A stretch of DNA of 64,000 nucleotides from Eledone cirrhosa (taxonomy: Eukaryota), in contig OZ024742.1 of assembly GCA_964016885.1 (NCBI GenBank), positions 112,406,001 through 112,470,000 of the forward strand, read 5' to 3'. The number at the start of each line of letters is the position of its first letter. The first letter of the stretch is position 1. Made by a program: the position numbers and the translations under genes. Shown piece after piece: positions 27,354-41,307 of this stretch. The notes beneath the pieces were generated by a model. It made no database searches. It was not told where the DNA came from and saw nothing but the letters and a program-made list of their open reading frames with translations.

Positions 27354-27970
27354 ACGTACCAGTTGCTTTCACTTCAATTTATTATATATTTATAAATTTA
27401 TAAATTTACAAATCTACACCAATGGCTGCTCCTTCCTCTTGGGCATATGTTTTTTCATTAAATTTGAACATATATTCCTTAAAGGTTAATTTTAAGCTGG
27501 CCCCTACCGCATGTGCAATAATTTTCTTCAGTTCATCGTGGTTTTCGGGTGTCCGTATGGCTCTGGTCCACCCGTTCCATCTATCTGTGTGGGTTTTCTT
27601 GGCCATTGAGGTAATGGTAGGTGGTCTGCTTCTTGCTGGTCTTGTAGGGCACAGGTTGCTAAGGTCATAAGTGTCTAGGTAACTATTACTATGGGTAAGC
27701 TTAAGTAGAAGTCCCAGCTCACTGGTATCAATCCCACGGAACAGCAACATCACAACTTACAATTAAGGACAAAATGAAAACACACACACACATAGAACAA
27801 ACAACCAACCAACAACATGTAAATAAATAAACAAATAGATAAATGAACACAAACACACACAGACACCCGGATGTGGCGCATGCGCAAACTGAGCACACAA
27901 CACACACACAGAAACACAATGGCGTAGGACAGAAGAAAGGAAAGGCAAAGAAACAAAGAAAGGAATCCCC

Positions 27971-28015
27971 AGTCACTGAAGAGGTCACAGAGTGTGTGAC
28001 GAAAGGACTATGACT
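27971..28015 (+). ncRNA. Minimal type I hammerhead ribozyme (inverted pseudo-LTR copy)
   Basis: agtca-CTGAAGA-g.gtcac.agagtgt.gtgac-GAAA-ggac-TA-tgact. Confidence 0.85.
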
Positions 28016-28186
28016 ATATATAAACAACTATCTGGTTGTGGAACCAAGCAACCAACCAGAAATTTAAAAATTTGTAGATTTGTAAATTTATAAATTTATA
28101 AATATATAATACATTGAAGTGAAAGCATCTGGTGCGTGTGTTTCTTATTGGCAACATGACCCTCCCAAAGTATAACAATATATATA

Positions 28187-28313
<127 letters not shown>

Positions 28314-28340
28314 GTATATATATATATATATATATATATT

Positions 28341-28427
<87 letters not shown>

Positions 28428-28473
28428 ATTTATATATATATATACATATATATATAGTAATAATAGTAATAAT

Positions 28474-28571
28474 TGTTTCTACTTTAAGCGCAAGGCCAGC
28501 AATTACCCAGTACATTACTGGTACTTTATTTTATCGGCCCCGTAAGGATGAAAGGCAAAGTCAACCTCGGC
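28474..28571 (-). mobile_element. 5'-truncated SINE with 12-bp TSD
   Basis: TSD aatagtaataat at 28462-28473 and 28572-28583. Confidence 0.9.
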
Positions 28572-28589
28572 AATAGTAATAATAATACA

Positions 28590-29713
28590 TTTAAAGATTA
28601 AAATACAAATAGGCCTCGATAAGGATAAATATATATCAAATAAATAAGAAGCGTCGAGCAAATATTTATTAAAATAACAGATTAAAGTTTAAGCAAATAA
28701 TCGCTGTTTTTACCCTTAACGGCTTCTTCTGAAACTAACAAGGTCAATCTGTAAACGCAGATGTGGATATTTCAAAAATGTTGCAACCGGAGGAAGACAG
28801 GAAGACGAAACTTTGATTCGTTGAAACGTTCCCTTAACAAAACATACAGGTAATATATACTTACCTATGCAAATAAGTAATGGTATAAACATAACATATA
28901 CCTAGCTACCACATCAATACGTAAAATATCCACGTATAGATCGTACTATCCGTTAGGGTATAATGTGGGGCTGTAATACAGGAAAGTGTTGCGCAATTTA
29001 TGTTTACAAGCCGAAAATGCCTCAGATTTTTGGCTTAAGATTTGTTCTGTAGCGTAGAGTATTTCCAGGGCTTCAGCGGCGCAGAGGTCACATGGACTTT
29101 TATTTCCGTTATACGATCTAGCCCTGGCTAGGATCTCCCTGTGTAATTTATATTGGGTGTTTTCGTCTTTTAGACTCCAGATATAAGCTGCAAGTGACGT
29201 CATATTCCTTCTTAGAGGGTAACGAAAAGAATGGGTATGCATGTAAAGATGCTGCTTGAATCTATTGGCGGTTAACCCTATGTAGGCCCTACGGGACTTG
29301 GGTGTTTCAACGTTACATTTGTAGACCATGTTACTAGAGAGGCATTTCCCGGATAGGGGCAATCAACCCGATTCCTACAATTACAGTTAGTACTAACTAC
29401 AGGGTTGCATGTGTTCCTACGGCCAGGTAGTTTAGCTAAATTTGAAGCTGTGATGTTATGTGCAAGGTTAGGAGTCGTAGAGTAAGACATTTTAAAAGTA
29501 TTTCTATTAAAAATGTTACTATATTTATGGGTAGGGGCAAAATGCTTCGTAATAAGGTCTAGAAAGATCTTAGGTAATGGTGTGGTCACCCCAATATTAT
29601 ATGGTGGGTTATACCATATAATGCGATGGGATCTATTTCTTCTAGGTCTATTCTCGTACTCTATATATGCTACCTTATCCATAAATCCACTTCGAGCAAG
29701 AGCTTCATTGTAA
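28590..29713 (-). mobile_element. 5'-truncated Penelope-like element (probably Naiad-type), left member of a head-to-head pair
   Basis: IIWYNPPY, NRNTFKMSYS, CNCRN..CP, VYKC..YIGLT, CDLC..E, SACKH; degenerate HHR at 28686-28736. Confidence 0.92.
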
Positions 29714-31176
29714 CCTTCTGCGGAAGGTACTGATCTTATCGGCCTTTTCTTTCTTTTCTCTATCAAGGACGAATTCCCCAACGCGGGCGGTAGTTTTTAC
29801 CGTGATGATGGTTTTGATCATGACTATGTGCGGACCTCGTGCTTGCGACAGGTTCAGAAAAGAACTCACAGCCTTCTTTAAAGGATTCAACCTCTCTATA
29901 CAGGTTGAAACCAAGCTTTCGGTCGTTAATTACCTCGACGTTAGCCTCAATTTATCGAATGGCTTGTATTACCCGTATAGAAAGCCGAATGATACGCTTA
30001 ATTACATAAGTAAGCATTCCAACCATCCTGCCAGCATAACCAAGAACCTGGTAAGGAACGTTTCGTTGAGGGTTTCCCGTCTATCTACTAACGAGCATAT
30101 TTTCAACGACCATTCCACTTATTACAATGAAGCTCTTGCTCGAAGTGGATTTGTCGATGAGGTAGCATATACAGAGTACGAGAATAGACCTAGAAGAAAT
30201 AGATCCCGCCGCATTATATGGTATAACCCACCATATAATATGGAGGTGGCCACACTATTAGCTATGATCTTTCTATCCCTTATTACGAAGCATTTTCCCC
30301 CTACACATAAATATAGTGAACTCCTTAATAGAAATACTATTAAAATGTCTTACTCTATGACTCCTAACCTTGCACATAACATCACAGCTTCAAATTTAGC
30401 TAAACTACCTAGCCGTAGGAACAGGTGCAACCCTGTAGTTCATACTAACTGTAATTGTAGGAATCTGGTTGATTGTCCCCTTACCGGGAAAGGCCTCTCT
30501 AGTAACAGTGTCTACAAATGTAAGGTTGAAACACCCACGTCCCGTAGGGCCTACATAGGGTTAACCGCCAATAGATTCAAGCAGCGTCTTTACATGCATA
30601 CCCATTCTTTTCGTTACCCTCTAAGAAGGAATATGACGTCACTTTCAGCTTATATATAGAGTCTAAAAGACAACCACACCCAATATAAGTTACACTGAGA
30701 GATCCTAGCCAGGGCTAGATCGTATAACGGAAATAAATGACAAATGTTAGCTCTGCACCGCTGAGGCCCTGGAAATACGCTACGCCACAGACCACATTTT
30801 AAACAAAAATCTGAGGCAATTTCGGCTTGTAAACATAAATTGCACAAAACTTTCCTGTATTACAGACCCACATTATACCCTTACGGATAGCACGATCTAT
30901 ACGTGGATTTTTTACGTCTTGATGTGGTAGCTAAGTATATGTTATGTTTATACCATTACTTATTTGCATATGTAAGTATATATTACTGGTATCTTTTGTG
31001 AAGGGAACGTTTCCACGAACCAAAGTTTCGTCATCCTGTCTTCCTCCGGTTGCAAAGTTTTTTTAAATATCCACTTCAACGTTTACAGTTTGACTTTGCT
31101 AGTTTCAGAAGATCCCGTTAAGGGTGAAAGCAACGATTCTTTGCTTAAACTTTAATCTGTTATTTTAATAAATACA
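29714..31176 (+). mobile_element. 5'-truncated Penelope-like element (probably Naiad-type), right member
   Basis: SAEGTDLIGLF, YRDD followed by a frameshift, ORF 29802-30659 (thumb plus GIY-YIG), later stops, pseudo-LTR to 31176. Confidence 0.93.
31101..31151 (+). ncRNA. Type I hammerhead ribozyme, A4 core variant
   Basis: agttt-CAGAAGA-t.ccc.gttaa.ggg.t-GAAA-gcaa.cgattct.ttgc-TT-aaact; CAGAAGA in all three copies. Confidence 0.72.
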
Positions 31177-31348
31177 TATATATATATATAATGGAATAAA
31201 TATGGTTTTATAAATATAGTTTCCATTTAATTAATATCATTGAATATTATACTCCAGAAAACTTGTCCACTGCACTGAATCATTTATAAACATTTATATT
31301 TTTTGAATTACCAACACATTGAATCTCCCTTCTGCTTATATAAATATG

Positions 31349-31413
<65 letters not shown>

Positions 31414-31415
31414 AG

Positions 31416-31449
<34 letters not shown>

Positions 31450-32035
31450 TCGTTTGTGTGCAAGTGTGATATTACACTGAGGAATAGATGTTGCTGCGTT
31501 ATGTATGTAGTTAAAATATAGCGAAGACATTTGGAACATTGATTTGTACATTTGAACAAATTTCCAGTTTCTACACGTCATATACCATATTATATTTATG
31601 TTTTGACATTGACACAACCAGGAGGAACTAAAATGCTGATTGTCACTTTTACTTAACATAGTTGTCGAAATGTAAAACTAACGTAATACTAGCTCCGTCG
31701 AGACAGCGCACATTGCGTTAACATAACATATACTATAATCAACATATAAGCATAGAGTGTACGCTCACCAGAATACAATCGTTATCAGGGAAGATATCAA
31801 ACTCACAATCCAATGCAACGTTGCCCAAGTCCTAAACATAAACAGCAATTTTGAAGAGATTTGTTCACAGATGAGCTTAAACATGTCGAACGTGAATATG
31901 ATAATATTTTTATTTAACTCCTTTATTTTAAAATTAAAAATGAAATAAATTGTTATATATGGATATAGAAAATATACGGTTATATACGCATAATCCCGTA
32001 AGAGTGCATAATGTATATACTTACATACATACATA

Positions 32036-32332
<297 letters not shown>

Positions 32333-32692
32333 TATGTATGTATGTAAGTATATACATTATGCATAAAATATTTTTTCCTCGTACATAATTTTCCCTTCGT
32401 TAATTTTCAAATTCTTTTAGTTTATACATTATATTCCAACGGGTTTCAACCTCTCTATGTAAAACAATATATCTTCTCTCAGTTATAAAAACTATCTCTT
32501 TCTCTCTATCACCCATCTCTCCCTCTCCACATTCACTCTCATCTCCTCCCCTTTTTCATCCTTTACACCCCCCGCTCTCTAAATAAAATATTTTTCCCAA
32601 TATCACACATCAATCTAAAACCACTTTTCATATGTTGATTTAAAACTGCACTATCCACAAGTGTTTTTTAGCCTTCATATCATGTTCTCCTG

Positions 32693-32759
32693 TTTTATCT
32701 GATGAAAACACAAATATTATTGCATGATGATGTTTGTTTTTGAAATGCGCATAATAAAA
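32693..32759 (+). ncRNA. Type I hammerhead ribozyme
   Basis: ttttat-CTGATGA-aaa.ca.caaata..tgtttg.ttttt-GAAA-tgcgca-TA-ataaaa; palindromic stem III. Confidence 0.8.
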
Positions 32760-32897
32760 TACATGGAACTCCTTTAACCATCTTTTGGTCTTATATTATG
32801 TATACTCCAGTCCTACAAACTGTAGAGTGCTTCTTATCCGATATCTGCATTGCTTTATTGTACTACAATAAAACTCACCTCCTACATATATATATAT

Positions 32898-33060
32898 ATA
32901 GGAAAATGTTTGACCCCGACGGCAGAGTACAAGCCGTTGAAACGGCTTGAGCTCTGCCGGCGGCCTCAAATATTTCCTATTACCCTCTCTACTACCCTAC
33001 GTATTGAGTACTCTGGTGCCTTATGGTCCATCTGGATCCTTACCACACTTCCTTCGTTAT
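32898..33060 (+). repeat. Short foldback module centred on ttGAAAcgg
   Basis: ataggaaaatgtttga..ggcagagtacaagccgtt / aacggcttgagctctgcc..tcaaatatttcctat. Confidence 0.75.
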
Positions 33061-33079
33061 ATATATATATATATATATT

Positions 33080-33158
<79 letters not shown>

Positions 33159-33214
33159 TTATATATATATATATATATATACATATATATATACATATAT
33201 ATATACATATATAT

Positions 33215-33299
<85 letters not shown>

Positions 33300-33470
33300 C
33301 ACTATCGGAGAAAGCTTTTTAGCGATACTCCGACCAAATTCCAACTCACTCAACAAACGTTTGGAAATAAGTGATTATATTCCTAATTATGCGTTCGGGG
33401 TGCTAACTAAAAGTATTGCGTTGAAAATTGGCTGTATTATTTCATATGAGACATATCGAATATATCTCTT

Positions 33471-33596
33471 CCCAGACGGACGTCTCGTTTCATTATAGGA
33501 TTCCTACAATTTGGGTTAAATTATATCAATTTATGTAGGAGATTGTATACCATCAATATATATATATTCAAGTGGGCCCTATAGTTCATCAGTGGG
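33471..33596 (-). ncRNA. Type I hammerhead ribozyme, array unit 1
   Basis: ccca-CTGATGA-actatagg..cctataat-GAAA-cg.a.gacgtc.cg-TC-tggg. Confidence 0.82.
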
Positions 33597-34171
33597 TGCC
33601 CGAATAATTCTAATATTGATAATCTAACCAACATCAGTATTTAGCGATAATCAACATCAGTGCCTGAGGTATTTGTCAGGTTGCCAGTCCAGCAGTTCTA
33701 AAGAAATGCTCAAACTGATTCAAAAATGAGGAAGTAAATTACCCCCCCAAAAAAACAATACGTGCGCATGACAATGAATTCTAAAGGGAATTCAGGCCAC
33801 GTGCTAGAACTCAATTAGAAATTGAAAACATATCTATTTCTGAACAACATTTGATGACACACACGGATATTTTCTCAGGCAAAATAACAGAATGAGATAT
33901 AAGGAACAATCAATATTCATATATAAAAAAATAAACAAAGAAGGCCTAACCTTATACCGGGAAATTCAAATCTGTTACACCAAGAGTAAATAAATAAATA
34001 CACTATCGGAGAAAGCTTTTTAGCGATACTCCGGCCAAATTCTAACTCACTCAACAAACATTAGGAAATAAGTGATTATATTACTAATTATGCGTTCGAG
34101 TTGCTAACTAAAAGTATTGCGTGGAAAATTGGCTGTATTATTTCATATGAGACATATCGAATATATCGCTT

Positions 34172-34300
34172 CCCAGACGGACGTCTCATTTCATTATAGG
34201 ATTCCTACAATTCGGGTTAAATTATACCAATTTATGTAGGAGCCTGTTTACCATCAATATATATATATATTCAAGTGGGCTCCTATAATTCATCAGTGAG
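34172..34300 (-). ncRNA. Type I hammerhead ribozyme, array unit 2
   Basis: ctca-CTGATGA-attatagga..tcctataat-GAAA-tg.a.gacgtc.cg-TC-tggg; changes keep G-U pairs. Confidence 0.82.
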
Positions 34301-34865
34301 TGCCCCAATAATACTAATATTGATAATCTAACCAACATCAGTATTTAGCGATAATCATCATCTGTACCTCAGGTATCTGTCAGGTTGCCAGTCCAGCAGT
34401 TCTAAAGAAATGCTCAAACTGATTCAAAAATGAGGAAGTAAATAACCGCCAAAAAAAAACAATACATGCGCATGACAATGAATTCTAAATGGAATTCAGG
34501 CCACGTGCTAGAACTCAATTGGAAATTGAAAAAATATCTATGTGTGAACAACATTTGATGACACACACAGATATTTTCTCAGGCAAAATAAGAGAATGAA
34601 ATATAAGGAACAATCAATAATCATATATAAAAAAATAAACAAAGAAGGCCTAACCTTATACCGGGATATTCAAATCTGTTGCACCAAGAGTAAATAAATA
34701 AATACAATATCGGAGAAAGGTTTTTAGCGATACTCCGGCCAAATTCCAACTCACTCAAAAAATAAGTGATTATATTCCTAATTATGCGTTCGGGGTGCTA
34801 ACTAAAAGTATTGCGTGGAAAATTGGCTGTATTATTTCATATGAGACATATCGAATATATCTCTT

Positions 34866-34992
34866 ACTAGACGGACGTCTCGTTTCATTATAGAATTCCT
34901 ACACGTTGGGTTAAATTATACCAATTTATGTAGGAGCTTGTATACCATCAATATATATATATTAAAGTGGGCTCCTATAGTTCATCACTGTG
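34866..34992 (-). ncRNA. Degenerate hammerhead ribozyme, array unit 3 (GTGATGA)
   Basis: Homologous position; C3 to G change predicts loss of activity. Confidence 0.65.
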
Positions 34993-35359
34993 TGCCCCAA
35001 TTATACTAATATTGATAATCTAACCAACATCAGTATTTAGCGATAATCATCATCAGTGCCTGAGGTATCTGTCAGGTTGCCAGTCCAGCAGTTCTAAAGA
35101 AATGCTCAAACTGATTCAAAAATGAGGAAGTAAATTACCGCCAAAAAAAACAATACATGCGCATCACAATGTATTCTAAAGGGAATTCAGGCCACGTGCT
35201 AGAACTCAATTGGAAATTGAAAAAATATCTATGTGTGAACAACATTTGATGACATACACAGATATTTTCTCATATATGCATATATATATACATATATATT
35301 TACACACACACACACACATATATATATACATATATATATACATACATACATATATATAC

Positions 35360-35422
<63 letters not shown>

Positions 35423-35462
35423 TATGTGTGTATACGTACATACATATATGTATGTGTACCTG

Positions 35463-35540
<78 letters not shown>

Positions 35541-35680
35541 TGCTACTGTACGTCTGTATACATATATGTATATACGTATACACACATACTTACATTTAAG
35601 TAAGTGCCGTACTAAGAGTGAGAAATGAAATTTCGTTTTCATTTTATATATATATATATATAAATATATATGTGTGTGTG

Positions 35681-36430
<750 letters not shown>

Positions 36431-37041
36431 AAATATAAGCGACACATACACACATATACAATACATTCAGACATATAGAAACACACTAGCAGATTTATAT
36501 ATATACGCCTAGTGAAGAAATGCATCTTATGCACACGATGATATTATTTACATATATGGAGATATTTTCCATTTACGGTATCATACATTTTTTATATGCC
36601 TATATTATAAGAATTCTTAGCACATGACATGGCTTAAGTCTGACCTACTATGGTTTCAGCAGTCGTTACATCGTATTCTTGCTTTAATATGTTGATATCT
36701 TCTACATCAATATTAATAAATAGGAAATTAAATATGATTTTGTTGAATATACTACCGTCAGCCGCTGCTCTGTTATTGGAAATATTCCTATAGAAAAATG
36801 GACAGAAATACGCTATGCGATTTATCGTGGGTCAAAGAATAGACTCGTGTTAAAGTAATACGTTACATTAATTTATCGCTGAACTATTGCCATTCTTTTA
36901 ATATAGCACCGTTTACAGCGGGCGATTTCAATTCCAACAGGTGCATAACCCAACACTACTGCATATAATTATGTCCAAAAGAAAATTTGAAATTCACAAA
37001 ATATGAATCCGGGAAAAACGTATATATCTAAGAATTTATGT

Positions 37042-37045
<4 letters not shown>

Positions 37046-37131
<86 letters not shown>

Positions 37132-37132
37132 C

Positions 37133-37164
<32 letters not shown>

Positions 37165-37170
37165 CTATGC
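37046..37170. repeat. (CT)n/(CTAT)n microsatellite
   Basis: Seen directly. Confidence 0.98.
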
Positions 37171-37239
37171 ATCTCTTTCACTCTCTCTTTTTCTCTCGAA
37201 CAACCCCTCCTCTCTCTCTCTCTATCTGTCTGTCTCTCT

Positions 37240-37273
<34 letters not shown>

Positions 37274-37309
37274 AACTGTATAATGTCATGTTATACGAAT
37301 AAAACATAG

Positions 37310-37487
37310 TTGTTTCTACTTTTGGCACAAGGCCAGCAATTACGCAGTGCATTACTGGTACTTTATTTTATCGACCCCGTAAGGATGAAATGCAAAGTTA
37401 ACCTCGGCAGGATTTGAACTCAGATTACAAAGGGGCGTAACTATGTGCTACAAAGCATGCTGTCCGACCCTCTACCGATACTGTCAA
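37310..37487 (-). mobile_element. tRNA-derived SINE, near full length
   Basis: Inverse of 15056-15230 including the B-box (ggatttgaactc on plus). Confidence 0.9.
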
Positions 37488-38140
37488 AATAATAACGTAC
37501 GAGCAGGATTATACACTTTTGCGGAGGGAGGCATTTTGAGCTAATCGATACATTTACGATTATTTATATTATTCTGAAAATCTTCCATTTTTGTAGCTAT
37601 CAGTCTTGATACTTTCATTTCACTGATTCCATCTTTATATATCGTCTCATCTATCTGACAGGAATACTTACGTATTAATCATGTATTGATTATAATTGTT
37701 GAAATATAACAAGCATAATGACAGAGAGGAAAAGTGAAGGCCATTCAGAGAAAAACATTTGGGAAAAAGTCAGAGAAAGAGAGTAAATGAAAGAAAGAGG
37801 TAGAGTGCGGAAGTTAGAAAGAATGAAGAAGAAAGTGCCAGTTTGAGAACAGATATAAAAGAACCTGATACACAAACACACACATATACACAGACACACA
37901 TACACACAGACACACACACACGCACACGCACACCCATACACCCACACACACATAGGCCAACACACACATAGGCAAACACAGACAGAGAATAGCGTAGTGA
38001 GAGAAATACATTATTTAGACTTTCTGGGCTATATAAATAAAACTATAAATTTGCATATAAAATATCAGATGAAATAAATATGGATGTTTATGTACCTATC
38101 TATCCATCTGTCTATACTGTCTATATATTACACACACACA

Positions 38141-38257
<117 letters not shown>

Positions 38258-38299
38258 GTGGGTGTGTGTTCATTTATATATATATATATATTTATACAG

Positions 38300-38356
<57 letters not shown>

Positions 38357-39422
38357 TATATATATATACATATATATATACATATATATATATATGTTTA
38401 TGTGCATATATGTTTATATATGTATGTTTATTATGTATTTTTATATATACATGTTTATGTATGTATGTATGTGTGCGTTTAGCCGGCTACCTCTCTCCTC
38501 ATCACTCTCTATATATATATATCTGAGTGTTTCTCAATGCATATTTCTATTTTTCTCAGCTGACCTGTTAGCTCCCAGCACGAGTATATCAAGCTGCTCT
38601 CTCGTAATATTTTATCTCTAGCCAGGCGAGATTTTCCAACCATGTCGATTATATATGCCACTTACTCCAACATAGCAACTTATTACAAATCATCGTATTA
38701 AGTCTGTTTTCTTATATCCTTAATATGGAGCTCGTTTATTTCCTTTTAATTTCACATGCTCGTACATCATGCTGTCTTTAAGATGTCAGTACTTCACCAT
38801 CTATCAAAGCACTTGTACTCCTAGTGTTTATACTTATCTCAATGATTTCTGATAGAAAAGATTTCAAACATAACTCTCGTTATATAATGTGTATGCTATT
38901 TGTTAAAGTAAGCGGATAGTCATTTCTAGATTGTTTTCATGCGAAGTTTGTTATATTTTCTGTATAAATTAATTTACTTCACACAACAGCATTACACATA
39001 TTATTTATGATTCATATATTTCTTCTCTCTCCTTTCCCCTCTTTCTCTCTTCAATTATATATCTCTCTGTCCACTTTCCCATGTGTGGCTGAAGGAAGAC
39101 ATGTATAGCGACCACGTGAATGAATGCATTTACTTAAACCTGAACATATGGAAAGCAATCGAATCTCAGCTTGGGTGCTAAATTGAATATCTGATGCAAG
39201 TATATACAACGGTGTCTCTAGCTATGAATGAGTAACCATAGGCGCAAGCACTGATGCGTATGTGTGTGTGGGTGGGGGTGGGGGTATAATTGCGTTAGGT
39301 TATAACTATGTACGTAAATACGTCATCGATTCCTATATATATATATATATAGTGGTAGAACACTGGAAGGTAATATCCGTAGTGGTAAAGCACTCAGTCC
39401 ATAGGACGTGTTAGGTAGAATT

Positions 39423-39494
39423 GGTTACACAACAGTTAGTTCACCATACCGAGAAAAATTGTTCTCGGTATGTTGAACTAATTGTTGCGTAACC
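39423..39494. repeat. Short foldback (~32-bp arms) in a module between (TA)n tracts
   Basis: ggttacacaacagttagttcaccataccgagaa / ttctcggtatgttgaactaattgttgcgtaacc. Confidence 0.8.
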
Positions 39495-40214
39495 CCTTCT
39501 ATATATATATATATATATATATATACATAATTAAAGAGACCTTTGAGGAACATTGACAGGGAGCATCACGGTATATGCATGCTAGATTATACATGTATTT
39601 GTTTGAGAATAGAAGATAGATAGTGTTTCTCCTCTGTTTTCCTTATGCTGATTGAAAGCCCGGGGGTTTTATTTGACTGAACGGAAAGGCATTAGCAATG
39701 AACAAAGCAATTAAATAATTAATATTATTACGTTTAATATATTAATACAAAATTGTTATGGTCTTTGGAAATTAGTTCCTTATCGAAACCATAACATTAA
39801 ATGATAAGAAGATATAGGTGCTGAGAGAAATAAATGGGCGAAAGGAATCTTAAGAAGAGCAAAAAGGAAACTCAAAGGTTCCTACTTGCAAATATTCTGA
39901 CGTAGTGTGGATCAACCCATTAGAAACTCTTATTAGGTCATAACATTGAGTTTTTTTTTTACATTTTATGTATTACTAATATTACATGTTCCTCATGTAT
40001 ATCAATATAAACGGTGATATTAATGTTTTCGAGTGGAATAATAGTATAAAGGCATACTCTATTAACTAGTTCTATGTTAATATTTGAAGACATGAGAAGT
40101 TCGATAATTTCATTCAACATCTTAACTATAATAAAGGGAGGGGTGCGGGACAGCATCCAGAATATATTTTTTAATCTCGTTAGTAAAATAAGTTTGATTA
40201 CTTTAATAGATAAT

Positions 40215-40307
40215 TGTTTCTACTTTAGGCACAAGGCCAGCAATTACCCAGTGCATTACTGGTACTTTATTTTATCGACCCCGTAAGGATGAAAGGCAAA
40301 GTCAACC
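40215..40307 (-). mobile_element. 5'-truncated SINE with 12-bp TSD
   Basis: TSD ttaatagataat at 40203-40214 and 40308-40319. Confidence 0.9.
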
Positions 40308-40455
40308 TTAATAGATAATGAAGGAATATTACATAATTTATCGACTCAATTCCGTAACAAATGATTAGTCATAAATAATTTTATTGATATTTCAAGATTC
40401 ACTTCCTTTAAAAGATTCAAATTTCAATACTTCCGGTATATCACCACAACCACCA

Positions 40456-40499
<44 letters not shown>

Positions 40500-40666
40500 G
40501 GATTAACAAATAAAAGTTAAATGCAGTCCACTTAGGTGAAGTCCAGTTATGGTATTCCAGGTAGTGGATGATATTAACGCTTGGCTTGGTTTGACTCAAC
40601 AAGGCGTTTTCATAGTGATGCTGCGGGTATGCTGTAATTCCTATGTTGTAAACACTTGGAGTAATA

Positions 40667-41247
40667 ATAAATCAGGAAAGAAGGTTTACATGGTTTGCTA
40701 TACAAAAAAGTTTTTATTCACATAGCTTACATTTGTTTCACTGAACTGGTCTGTCTAGAGATCGCTATCCGCTTAATTTTGCGTCATTCGATCGCCAATA
40801 CAGAATTATAACCAGTCAGATCCTCGGAGCATGCGAGAATGAAGAAAATACACAGGCAAGAAAAGAAAAGAAAATATGGAGTAGTTATGGCATTCAATTA
40901 GAACAATAACAACAACAATTATTACAACAATGCTATCAATAAACTACCTAAGTAATGTCAGGGTCTCCTTAAATAGTTTATTGATAGCATTGTTGTAATA
41001 ATTGCTGTTGTTATTGTTCTAATTGAATGCCATAACTACTCCATATTTTCTTTTCTTTTCTTGCCTGTGTATTTTCTTCATTCTCGCATGCTCCGAGGAT
41101 CTGACTGGTTATAATTCTGTATTGGCGATCGAATGACGCAAAATTAAGCGGATAGCGATCTCTAGACAGACCAGTTCAGTGAAACAAATGTAAGCTATGT
41201 GAATAAAAACTTTTTTGTATAGCAAACCATGTAAACCTTCTTTCCTG

Positions 41248-41253
<6 letters not shown>
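40667..41253. repeat. Near-perfect foldback: 280-bp arms, 27-nt spacer, HHR in each arm
   Basis: 40667-40946 / 40974-41253; one mismatch seen by eye. Confidence 0.95.
41090..41195 (+). ncRNA. Type I hammerhead ribozyme, C4 variant, long stem II (mirror copy 40725-40830, minus)
   Basis: gct-CCGAGGA-t.ctga.ctggt..accag.t.tcag.t-GAAA-caaatg-TA-agc followed by AATAAA. Confidence 0.72.

Positions 41254-41307
<54 letters not shown>

Larger units (their letters stand above)
23199..28181 (-). mobile_element. Near full-length Penelope-like retroelement with partial direct repeat and inverted pseudo-LTR
   Basis: Direct repeat 23199-23366 / 27251-27418; RT piece 24915-25241 duplicated at 27416-27742; 23258-23700 inverted at 27738-28181; (TA)n flanks. 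Confidence 0.95.
33295..35271 (-). repeat. Tandem array of ~700-bp non-coding units (2.8 copies), one HHR per unit
   Basis: Anchor a(c/a)tatcggagaaag at 33301, 34002 and 34706; (TA)n flanks. Confidence 0.95.

Noticed and set aside
28784-28820. CGGAGGA..gacGAAAc motif (mirror at 31017-31052)
   Set aside because: Antisense to the element's ORF, weak stem II, no NUH; the sense-strand motif at 31101 folds better.
30657-30790. In-frame TGA codons as possible selenocysteine, as reported for some Naiad elements
   Set aside because: Stops include TAG, fall at Trp-type or non-Cys positions, are absent from the sister arm and come with a frameshift; consistent with decay.
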